A stretch of DNA of 17,841 bases, taken from NCBI GenBank assembly GCA_044866005.1, contig JBIOTN010000160.1, positions 1 to 17,841 of the forward strand, in the 5' to 3' direction. This stretch comes from Candidatus Rokuibacteriota bacterium. Its GTDB lineage: Bacteria > Methylomirabilota > Methylomirabilia > Rokubacteriales > DASRDR01. Below are positions 1 through 7,252 of this stretch, piece after piece (within the stretch, counting starts at the first letter, position 1; every line of letters begins with the position of its first letter). Both the position numbers and the translations under genes were made by a program. The notes below the pieces were generated by a model. That model saw only the letters and a list, made by a program, of their open reading frames with translations, had not been told where the DNA came from and made no database searches.

Positions 1-105
1 GAGGAACCCCCCGGGATGTTGCGCCGGCCAGGCCGGCGCTCGGAGCGGAACCCTGCGACGGCGGCGGTCATGCGGACACGAAGCGGCCGTTTTCACCGAA
101 AGCCC

Positions 106-1101
106 CTAGGGCCCGACGGAGAACCGCTGGCGCTCCAGCAGTCGGGCCGCTTCCTTGGCGAGGTACGTGATGATCAGGTCGGCGCCGGCCCGGCGAATCG
201 CCGTGAGCACCTCCATCACCACGCGCTCCTCGTCGAGCCACCCCAGCCGGCCGGCGGCCTTGATCATCGCGTACTCGCCCGAGACCGAGTAGGCCGCGAG
301 CGGCAGGCCGAACTCCTGCTTGACGCGCGCGATCACGTCGAGGTACGGCAGCGCGGGCTTGACCATGACGATGTCGGCGCCCTCGTCCACGTCCAGCCCC
401 ACCTCGCGAAGGGCCTCGACGGCGTTCGCCGGATCCATCTGGTACGAGCGCCGGTCGCCGAACTGGGGTGCCGACTCGGCGGCCTCGCGGAACGGCCCGT
501 AGAACGCCGAGGCATACTTCGCCGAGTACGCCATGATCGGCGTCTCGGCGTAGCCGGCCTCGTCCAGCGCCTCGCGGATCGCGCCGACGCGCCCGTCCAT
601 CATGTCGGACGGGGCGACGACATCCGCCCCCGCCTCCACCTGGGAGAGCGCCACCCGGGCCAGCAGGTCCACGCTCGAGTCGTTCTTGATCCGTCCGTCC
701 TCGATGACGCCGCAGTGACCGTGGCTTGTGTACTGGCAAAGGCAGACGTCGCTGATCACGAGGAGATCCGGGATGGTCTCCTTCACCACGCGCGCCGCCT
801 GCTGGACGATCCCGTCCTCCGCGTAGGCTTCCGAGCCCCGCGGGTCCTTGGTGGCCGGGATGCCGAAGAGGAGGATCGCCGGAATCCCCATGCCCGCGGC
901 GTCTTTCGCGTCCTTCACCAGCTCGTCGAGCGAGAGCCGGAAGACGCCGGGCATGGAGGCGATCGGCTCGCGGACGCCGCGGCCGTGGACGGCGAAGAGC
1001 GGCAGGATGAGGTTCTCCACGCCGAGCCGGGTCTCGCGGACCATGCGCCGGATGAGCGCCGATTCGCGAAGCCGGCGGGGACGGTACAGGGGATGTGCCA
1101 T
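106..1101 (-). CDS. hemB: Porphobilinogen synthase (delta-aminolevulinic acid dehydratase), 331 aa
   Basis: Starts [12 protein letters not shown] at ATG 1101 with AGGAGG at 1109-1114. Motifs: [14 protein letters not shown] (Zn-binding Cys), [44 protein letters not shown]. The longer ORF call from 1905 is a GC-rich extension. Confidence 0.97.
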   Translation of the reverse strand: MAHPLYRPRRLRESALIRRMVRETRLGVENLILPLFAVHGRGVREPIASMPGVFRLSLDELVKDAKDAAGMGIPAILLFGIPATKDPRGSEAYAEDGIVQQAARVVKETIPDLLVISDVCLCQYTSHGHCGVIEDGRIKNDSSVDLLARVALSQVEAGADVVAPSDMMDGRVGAIREALDEAGYAETPIMAYSAKYASAFYGPFREAAESAPQFGDRRSYQMDPANAVEALREVGLDVDEGADIVMVKPALPYLDVIARVKQEFGLPLAAYSVSGEYAMIKAAGRLGWLDEERVVMEVLTAIRRAGADLIITYLAKEAARLLERQRFSVGP

Positions 1102-1112
1102 CGAATGACCTC

Positions 1113-2615
1113 CTACGCGGGGGAACTGAAATGCGCCGCGACGGCGTCGGCGAGCGCCGGGACCGTGTACTCGCGCGGCATGACCCGCGCCTCGAGCCCG
1201 TACTCGGCGATCGTCGCGGCGGTGATCGGACCGATGGCCGCGAGCACGACGTCCTTGAGCAGCCCGCGGACCGCTTCGGGGCCCAGGAGCGCCACGAACC
1301 CGCGCACCGTGGAAGAGCTGGTGAACGTCACGGCATCCACGCGACGGGCCTCCAGGAGATCGAGGAGCCGGTCCGCTCCCTCCTTCACCGTCACCGTGCG
1401 GTAGGCCGGCGCGACGGTCACCCGGACGTCCCGGCCCGCCAGCTCGCGCGGCAACACCTCCCGCGCTTCCGCCGCCCGCACCAGGAGCACCTCGCTCCCC
1501 GCCGCGAGGTGCGGCGTGAGGGCCTCCAGGAGACCCTCCGCGCGGTACTCGGCAGGCACGAGGTCCGCCCGCAGCCCGACCCGCGCCAGCGCCTCCGCGG
1601 TCTCCGGGCCGATCGCCGCCAGGCGCGTGCCGGCGAGCGCCCGCGCGTCGAGCCGTGCCGCGGCGAGCCGTTCGCGGAACGCGGCGACCCCGTTCACGCT
1701 CGTGAACACGACCCAGGCGAAGCTGGGCAGGCGCCGGATCGCGTCGTCGAGCGGCCGCCAGTCGTCGGGGGGGTCGAGCCGGATCGTCGGCAGTGCCAGG
1801 GCCTCGGCGCCATAGGCCTCGAGGAGGAGCGCGAGCCGCGCCGCCTGCGCCCGCGGGCGGGTCACGACCACCCGGCGCCCGAAGAGCGGCCGGCGCTCCA
1901 GCCACAGGAGGCGCCCCCGGAGGCGCACCACGTCGCCGACGACCAGGATCGCCGGGGCGTCGAGCCCCGCGTGGCGCGCCTCGGCAGCCAGGCCGGCGAG
2001 CGGAGCGGTGATCGTCCGCTGCTCGAGCCTCGTCGCCCCCACGATCAGCGCGGCGGGCGTCTCGGGGTGCCGGCCGGCGCGGATCAGGCCCTCCACGGCG
2101 GCCGGAAGGGTGGCGCCGCTCACCGGGACGAGGAGAGCGGCGAACGCCGGCCCGAGCGACGCCCAGGGGACGACCGCGGGCGCGGCGGCCTCGGGGCCCG
2201 CGCCGGCGAGGATCACCGCGCTGGCGCTGCCGGACGGGACCGCCGGGATGCCCGCGAACGCGGCCGCCGCCACTGCCGGGGTCACGCCGGGCACCACCTC
2301 GTACGGGATGCCCGCCGCGGCAAGCGCCTCCATCTCGCCGGGAACGCCGACGTCGCCGGATACCAGGCGCGCGACCCGCGAGCCGGCCCGAGCGCGCGCC
2401 ACCAGGAGCCCGCCCACGGCCGCGGGAGGCACGCCGCCGGCCTCGTCGACACGGATCCGCTCCGCCCCCTCCGCCGCCAGGTCGAGCACGCCGGCCGTCA
2501 CGCCGGCGTCGAAGACCACGACCTGCGCGTCGGCGAGCGCGGCCTGACCGCGCAGCGTGAGGAGTCCCGGGCCGCCGGGACCCGCGCCGACGATCGCCAC
2601 CGTCCCCGCCCTCAC
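1113..2615 (-). CDS. hemD: Fused uroporphyrinogen-III C-methyltransferase-like domain / uroporphyrinogen-III synthase (CobA-HemD), ~500 aa; the N-terminal domain looks degenerate
   Basis: N-terminal [16 protein letters not shown] and YEVVPGVT are SUMT-like. C-terminal [44 protein letters not shown] and AIGPITA are HemD motifs. GTG start at 2615 was chosen by alignment logic, so the exact start is uncertain. The stop overlaps the hemB RBS. Confidence 0.9.
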   Translation of the reverse strand: MRAGTVAIVGAGPGGPGLLTLRGQAALADAQVVVFDAGVTAGVLDLAAEGAERIRVDEAGGVPPAAVGGLLVARARAGSRVARLVSGDVGVPGEMEALAAAGIPYEVVPGVTPAVAAAAFAGIPAVPSGSASAVILAGAGPEAAAPAVVPWASLGPAFAALLVPVSGATLPAAVEGLIRAGRHPETPAALIVGATRLEQRTITAPLAGLAAEARHAGLDAPAILVVGDVVRLRGRLLWLERRPLFGRRVVVTRPRAQAARLALLLEAYGAEALALPTIRLDPPDDWRPLDDAIRRLPSFAWVVFTSVNGVAAFRERLAAARLDARALAGTRLAAIGPETAEALARVGLRADLVPAEYRAEGLLEALTPHLAAGSEVLLVRAAEAREVLPRELAGRDVRVTVAPAYRTVTVKEGADRLLDLLEARRVDAVTFTSSSTVRGFVALLGPEAVRGLLKDVVLAAIGPITAATIAEYGLEARVMPREYTVPALADAVAAHFSSPA

Positions 2616-2655
2616 GCCGGTCGCCCCGAGGTCGCCGCGTCCATCCCTCGGCGTC

Positions 2656-3582
2656 TCACGCCACCTGGCCGGCGCGGATGATGTCCGCCGCACCCCGCGC
2701 CAGCATCCGCTCGGCGACGCGGCGGCCGAGCTCGGCCGGCGCGAGGGCATCCCCGCGGTCCCCGTCCCGCAGGAGCCGCGTCCCGTCCGGGGTCGCGAGG
2801 AACGTCTCGAGTCGGAGGCTCTGCCCCTCGAGCCAGGCGTGAGCCGCGAGCGGCGTCGCGCACGAGCCGCCGACCCGCGCCAGGAACGCCCGCTCCGCCG
2901 ACGCCGCCGCGCGGGTCGCGGGATCGTCGAGCGGTGCGGCGAGCCGCCGCGTCGAGGCGTCGTCGGCCCGGGTCTCCACGGCCAGCACCCCCTGCCCCAC
3001 GGCCGGCAGCATCTCGTCGGGCTCGAGGACGACCGCTCCCGCCGGCGCGAGCCCCAGCCGTCGCAGGCCGGCCACGGCGAGGACCACCGCGTCGTAGGGG
3101 ACCTCGTGGAGCTTCCTCAGGCGCGTCTCCACGTTCCCGCGGATCGGTTCCACGACCAGGTCCGGCCGCCGCGCCAGGAGCTGGACGCGCCGGCGCAGGC
3201 TCCCCGTACCGACCCGCGCCCCCCGAGGCAGGGCGGCCAGGCCCGGAGCGTCGCGGCTCACGAGCGCGTCGCGCGGGTCTTCGCGAGCGGGAAACGCCGC
3301 CAGGGTGAGCCCGGGCGGCAGCTCGGCGGGCAGGTCCTTCAGGCTGTGGACGGCCAGCGCCACGCGACCGTCGAGGAGCGCCTCCTCGATTTCTTTCACG
3401 AAGAGGCCCTTCCCGCCGACCTCGGCCAGACTCGCGTGGGCCAGCTTGTCCCCCGAGGTCGCGAGGGGGACGAGCTCGACCGCCAGCCCCGGCCAGGCGC
3501 GTCGGAGCGCCTCGGCGACCAGCTCCGCCTGCCGAACGGCGAGCGGGCTCCCGCGCGTGCCGATGCGCACACCCTCAGCCAC
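2656..3582 (-). CDS. hemC: Hydroxymethylbilane synthase (porphobilinogen deaminase), ~308 aa
   Basis: Motifs RIGTRGSPLA, GGKGLFVKEIE, AVHSLKDLP, GTGSLRRR, IRGNVETRLRKL, MLPAVGQG and the cofactor Cys in GGSCATP. Start is GTG 3582 (overlapping the ttcA stop) or GTG 3570. Confidence 0.96.
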   Translation of the reverse strand: MAEGVRIGTRGSPLAVRQAELVAEALRRAWPGLAVELVPLATSGDKLAHASLAEVGGKGLFVKEIEEALLDGRVALAVHSLKDLPAELPPGLTLAAFPAREDPRDALVSRDAPGLAALPRGARVGTGSLRRRVQLLARRPDLVVEPIRGNVETRLRKLHEVPYDAVVLAVAGLRRLGLAPAGAVVLEPDEMLPAVGQGVLAVETRADDASTRRLAAPLDDPATRAAASAERAFLARVGGSCATPLAAHAWLEGQSLRLETFLATPDGTRLLRDGDRGDALAPAELGRRVAERMLARGAADIIRAGQVA

Positions 3583-4438
3583 CCTCCGGCCGCTCCGGCG
3601 CGAGGCCCGACGCGACGAGCGCGGCCGCGGGGAGGAGAGGGAGGCGCCTCCCGGCGTCACCGCGCGCCGGCCCCGGCCGGCGCGGGGTCGGCAGCGACCG
3701 CGCGTCCACGCGCGAGAGCGCGCCGAGCAGGCTCCGCTTCAGACCCGGGTGGACCCGCTCGAGCTCCCGCAGGAGCTTCTTCACGCGGTGGCGCTGGAGC
3801 GTGGGGTCCTTGCAGCCGGGACACGCGCAGCACACGACCGGGAAGCCACGCGCCGCGACGTACTCGACGATCTCCGACTCCCAGACGTAGACCAGCGGCC
3901 GGATGACGGTGTGGCGGCCGTTCTCGGCGGCGAGGCGCGCCGGCATCGCCTTGATCTGGCCATTGAAGAAGAGGTTGAGGAGCAGGGTCTCGATGAAGTC
4001 GTCGGCGTGGTGTCCGAGCGCGATCTTGTTGCAGTGAAGCTCGTCCGCGTAGCGATAGAGGGCCCCCCGGCGGAGCCGGGCGCAGAGGGAGCAGAACGTG
4101 TCGCCGGGCTCGATCTTCTCCTTCACCGTGAGGTTGATCCGCGCGCTCCGCATCTCGTACGCGTAGCCCTGGCGCGACAGGTAATCCTCGATCAGGTCGG
4201 CGCGGAAGCCGGCGAAGCCCTGGTCGACGTTGAGCGCGATCAGGTCGAAGCGCACGGGGGCCCGCCGCGCCAGCAGGCGAAGGAGGTGAAGCAGCGCCCA
4301 GGAATCCTTCCCGCCGGAGACGCCGACGAGGATCCGGTCGCCGGGCTCGACCAGCTCGAAGTCGCCGATCGCCCGCCCCAGCCGGGCCCCGAGCTTCCGC
4401 TCGAGCCGCTCGACGTCGTTGGCCGCGTTGTCAGTCAT
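3575..4438 (-). CDS. ttcA: tRNA 2-thiocytidine(32) synthetase TtcA, 287 aa
   Basis: PP-loop SGGKDS, CSLCARLRRGALY, IALGHHADDFIETLLLNLF, VIRPL and C-terminal CCACPGC. ATG at 4438 lies just downstream of the predicted promoter. Confidence 0.92.
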   Translation of the reverse strand: MTDNAANDVERLERKLGARLGRAIGDFELVEPGDRILVGVSGGKDSWALLHLLRLLARRAPVRFDLIALNVDQGFAGFRADLIEDYLSRQGYAYEMRSARINLTVKEKIEPGDTFCSLCARLRRGALYRYADELHCNKIALGHHADDFIETLLLNLFFNGQIKAMPARLAAENGRHTVIRPLVYVWESEIVEYVAARGFPVVCCACPGCKDPTLQRHRVKKLLRELERVHPGLKRSLLGALSRVDARSLPTPRRPGPARGDAGRRLPLLPAAALVASGLAPERPEGG

Positions 4439-4466
4439 GACACGCCAGTGGCGAGGAGAGTGTTTG

Positions 4467-4495
4467 ATTGTAACAACCGGGCGCAGGCAGTTCAA
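4467..4495 (-). promoter_or_regulatory. Sigma70-type promoter for the ttcA-hemC-cobA/hemD-hemB operon
   Basis: Minus strand reads TTGAAC (4495-4490), 17 nt, TACAAT (4472-4467), with an extended -10 TG. It is an AT-rich patch in a very GC-rich background. Confidence 0.75.
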
Positions 4496-4590
4496 CCGCC
4501 CGGCGCGCGGTTCCGCGTCGCCGCGCGCGGGACCCGGGATGATGGTCGGCCGCCGCTGGCCCGCTTCCGGCGTGGGACGGGCGGTGCCGA

Positions 4591-5133
4591 TCAGCTTGCG
4601 GGGCGCCGGATGACCTTCTGCCGCACGATGGCCTCGACGCTCGGGAACGCCTTCTGCGCCGCGGGCGGGACGGCCTTCCAGCCGGCCGCGTCGAGCTTGC
4701 CGGTGAAGTAGTCGAAGGGCAGCGCGCCGGGCCCCCCGGGCCGGCCGACGACGATCCGGCCGACCATCCCGGCCTGCTCGTGCGGCAGGCAGTAGTAGTC
4801 GTAGACGCCCTCGACGCTGAGGGTGACCTCGAAGCGGTCACCCTTCTTGACGAGGAACCCGGAGTCCCAGGGGGCGGCGCCCTCCGGGATGCGGAGCGAG
4901 TGGGCGTCGTTCCCGGGGTGATACGCCGTCGTGGTGTGCACGTTCTCCACGACGGTCCAGCGCACCGTCTGACCGGGCTGGACGAGCACCCCGACGGGAT
5001 CGAACCACACCTCCGCGCCCAGCAGGTCGCTCCGCATCTGGATCTCGACGACTCCGGCGGCGCGAGAGGGGCGCGGCACGGCGAGGCCGGCGAGCGCGAG
5101 CCCGCCGGCCTGGATGAACTCTCGCCGCGTCAT
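4591..5133 (-). CDS. Tat-exported cupredoxin (plastocyanin/halocyanin-like type-1 blue copper protein), 180 aa
   Basis: Twin-arginine signal MTRREFI followed by a hydrophobic stretch and SRA. Cupredoxin pattern WFDPVGVLVQPGQTVRW, His in NVHTTT, and YDYYC-x2-H-x4-M (CLPHEQAGM). GGAGG RBS about 5 nt upstream. Confidence 0.9.
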   Translation of the reverse strand: MTRREFIQAGGLALAGLAVPRPSRAAGVVEIQMRSDLLGAEVWFDPVGVLVQPGQTVRWTVVENVHTTTAYHPGNDAHSLRIPEGAAPWDSGFLVKKGDRFEVTLSVEGVYDYYCLPHEQAGMVGRIVVGRPGGPGALPFDYFTGKLDAAGWKAVPPAAQKAFPSVEAIVRQKVIRRPAS

Positions 5134-5148
5134 GCGGGCCTCCGGGGC

Positions 5149-5565
5149 CTACTTGGGCTCCTTGTCCTCGGGGACGTACCAGAGGACGATGTGGTAGTGG
5201 GGCTCGGCCACCCCGGGATGCCCCGCGTTGTAGTAGAGGTCGACGTGGTCCACCTTCTCCTTGGCGACCTTGAGGTCATCGAGCTTCTTGTGGGCGTCCA
5301 GGTCCTTCATCGGGACCATGTAGATGGAGCTGACCAGATGCCCTTCCCTGTCGTAGGCCAGGAACGGGCCCACGGGGAGCGTCTTCGGATCGACGTAGAG
5401 CGTCCCCATGCCGGGAAGGTAATCGGGCAGCGGGACGAGGGTGCTGACCTTCTTGTACTCGGGACCCGGGGGGGCCATCTGCTGAGCGCGGACGCTGCCG
5501 GCGCAGCCGGCAAGGACGACGAGGCTCAGGCCGACGAACGTGACTGCCAGGCTGGAGCGCTTCAT
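5149..5565 (-). CDS. Putative lipoprotein with His motifs (TTHB210-like/DUF5602-like), 138 aa
   Basis: ATG 5565 with AGGAGG at 5572-5577. Signal peptide with LAGC lipobox. The core PGMGTLYVDPKTLPVGPFLAYDR...DHVD...GHPGVAEPHYHI resembles, from memory, Thermus thermophilus TTHB210. The family label needs an HMM check. Confidence 0.8.
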   Translation of the reverse strand: MKRSSLAVTFVGLSLVVLAGCAGSVRAQQMAPPGPEYKKVSTLVPLPDYLPGMGTLYVDPKTLPVGPFLAYDREGHLVSSIYMVPMKDLDAHKKLDDLKVAKEKVDHVDLYYNAGHPGVAEPHYHIVLWYVPEDKEPK

Positions 5566-5611
5566 GCGGCACCTCCTACCGACCAGGTGGCGACCGAAAG
5601 TGGCCGACAAA

Positions 5612-5634
5612 AGGGGGTTGGTCACCAACGCCCT
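5612..5634. promoter_or_regulatory. Inverted repeat, candidate operator in the divergent intergenic region
   Basis: AGGG-g-GTTGGT-c-ACCAAC-g-CCCT: 10 of 11 symmetric positions pair around centre 5623. Confidence 0.6.
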
Positions 5635-5651
5635 CGGAGATATGCTAGGCT
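5618..5651 (+). promoter_or_regulatory. Candidate sigma70 promoter for the HTH regulator
   Basis: TTGGTC (5618-5623), 17 nt, TATGCT (5641-5646). An alternative is the extended -10 TG-C-TAGGCT at 5643-5651. Confidence 0.5.
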
Positions 5652-5671
5652 GGGTTCGGCAACTTATGCAA
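5642..5671 (-). promoter_or_regulatory. Candidate sigma70 promoter for the lipoprotein-cupredoxin pair
   Basis: Minus strand TTGCAT (5671-5666), 18 nt, TAGCAT (5647-5642). Confidence 0.4.
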
Positions 5672-6337
5672 GCTGAAACTTTCTCAACGGGCCGAGGCCC
5701 CACCGCGCCGACCGGGACCAAGCTCGACATCCTGCGGCTCCTGATGACCCAGGAGCTGAGCGCCCAGCAGCTCGGCGAGCGCTTGCAGGTGAGCCCCGCC
5801 GCGATCCGGCAGCATCTGGAGGCCCTCGCCGCCCGGGGCCTGGTGGCCCGCCGGAAGCTCGTCACCCGCCCGAGCCGGCCCACCTTCCTCTACCGGCTCT
5901 CCCCCGACGGCCGCCGGGTCTTCCCCAAGCGCTACGACCTGCTGCTCGGTGACCTCCTCGAGACGCTCGTCGAGCGGCAGGGGTGGCGGGCCGTCAGCCG
6001 ACTCCTGGAAGCGGCGGCGGTTCGGCTTGCCGCCCGCGTGCGGAGCGCGGCGACACCGACCCGCGCGAGGCTGGAGTCGCCCTTCGAGCGGCTCGAGGCG
6101 GAGCTCGACTGGCGGGCGGACCTCGCCAGGGACGCCGGCGGCCGGCGGCACGTCACGATCCACCACTGCCCGTTCCAGGAAGTCGCCGCGGCCCGCCCCG
6201 AGGTCTGCGGCGTCTTCTTCAGCGCGCTCCTGGGCGCGCTCTACGGGGGCGCGCGAGTCGAGCCCGTGGCGGCGTCGGACCTGGCGTGCTGCCGCTTCGT
6301 GGTGAGGCCGCGGCGGAAGCCGGAGCGGCGCGGCTAG
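5666..6337 (+). CDS. Winged-HTH transcriptional regulator, SufR-like/ArsR-related, with a C-terminal Cys ligand domain, ~223 aa
   Basis: N-terminal ILRLL..ELSAQQLGERLQVSPAAIRQHLEALAARGLV, then RPTFLYRLSPDGRRVFPKRYD. C-terminal HHC-x12-C-x26-CC. ATG 5666 is preferred; ATG 5642 is possible. Confidence 0.85.
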   Translation: MQAETFSTGRGPTAPTGTKLDILRLLMTQELSAQQLGERLQVSPAAIRQHLEALAARGLVARRKLVTRPSRPTFLYRLSPDGRRVFPKRYDLLLGDLLETLVERQGWRAVSRLLEAAAVRLAARVRSAATPTRARLESPFERLEAELDWRADLARDAGGRRHVTIHHCPFQEVAAARPEVCGVFFSALLGALYGGARVEPVAASDLACCRFVVRPRRKPERRG

Positions 6338-6367
6338 CCGGAGCCGAGCGTCCTGCGCCCGGCGGCG

Positions 6368-7156
6368 TCAGCCCCGCGCCGGCGGCGCGGGCGCGAGGGG
6401 GGCGTCCTCCAGCGTGAGGACGTCGCCCCCGGCGTAGAGGTTGAAGCTGTCGTGCTGCAGGTAGCCGACGACCGTGATCCCGAGCTGTTCGGCGAGGCCC
6501 ACGGCCATCTCGGTCGGGGACGTGCGCGAGACCACCAGCGGGACCCCCATGCGGGCGCCCTTCAGCAGCATCTCGGACGAGACGCGGCCGGTGTTCAGGA
6601 GGATGCGGTCTTTCGTGGGCGTGCCGCTCAGGAGCGCCTCGCCGACCACCTTGTCCACGGCGTTGTGGCGGCCGACGTCCTCGGCCATGAAGAGCAGGCG
6701 GTCGGGATCGGCGAGCGCCGCGCCGTGGATGCCTCGCGACGCGCGATAGCCGACGGCCCGGAGGTACAGATCCTTCATCCGCTCGAAGAGGCGGGCCGGC
6801 TCGACACGCAGGTCGGACTCGATCCGCGGGAAGAGCCGGGGGTCGATGCGGAAGGTGATCCCGCCGCCGCACCCGGACGTCAGGATGCGCTCTTTCGGCA
6901 GCTCCACCTCCCCCACGAGCTCGACCTCGGCCCGCCCGTCCACCTCGGAGACCCAGAGCCGACGGATCTCGTCCGGGGAGCCGATCACCTTCTCCAGCCA
7001 GAGGTAGCCGACCACCAGGCAGTCCAGCTTGGTCGGGGAGGCGAGCAGGGTGATGAACTTCCGGCCGTTCACGAACACCGTCAGGGGCTGCTCGCGGACG
7101 ACCTCGCCCTTGGTCTCGCGCAGCGTGCCCGTCTTCCACGCGTAGTACGTTCGCAT
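6368..7156 (-). CDS. fdhD: Formate dehydrogenase accessory sulfurtransferase FdhD, 262 aa
   Basis: Motifs EQPLTVFVNG, TSGCG, GIHGAAL, EDVGRHNAVDKVVG, TGRVSSEM and SRTSPT. Confidence 0.95.
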   Translation of the reverse strand: MRTYYAWKTGTLRETKGEVVREQPLTVFVNGRKFITLLASPTKLDCLVVGYLWLEKVIGSPDEIRRLWVSEVDGRAEVELVGEVELPKERILTSGCGGGITFRIDPRLFPRIESDLRVEPARLFERMKDLYLRAVGYRASRGIHGAALADPDRLLFMAEDVGRHNAVDKVVGEALLSGTPTKDRILLNTGRVSSEMLLKGARMGVPLVVSRTSPTEMAVGLAEQLGITVVGYLQHDSFNLYAGGDVLTLEDAPLAPAPPARG

Positions 7157-7174
7157 CGCCTCAGGCCTGCTCCA

Positions 7175-7183
7175 AGCCTAGCA
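7175..7183 (-). promoter_or_regulatory. Candidate extended -10 promoter for fdhD
   Basis: Minus strand TG-C-TAGGCT ending 18 nt upstream of the ATG. No clear -35. Confidence 0.4.
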
Positions 7184-7216
7184 CAGGGCCGTCGGGAGAA
7201 GGGCGACTTCGCCGAA

Positions 7217-7245
7217 TTGCGAGGGCCCGCGCGATCTGTCAGACT
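7217..7245 (+). promoter_or_regulatory. Candidate promoter giving a leaderless transcript of the 7253 ORF
   Basis: TTGCGA (7217-7222), 17 nt, CAGACT (7240-7245) with TG at 7237-7238. The ATG follows 7 nt later with no SD. Confidence 0.45.
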
Positions 7246-7252
7246 CGCGCGC

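Noticed and set aside
1..105. Possible gene start (ATG at 71, minus strand) or terminator after hemB
   Set aside because: Only 23 codons are visible, with no SD, no recognisable motif and no convincing hairpin plus U-tract.
4464..4477. Possible FNR box at the ttcA/hem promoter
   Set aside because: TTGAT is present, but the second half-site only fits with 3-nt spacing (AACAA), not TTGAT-N4-ATCAA.
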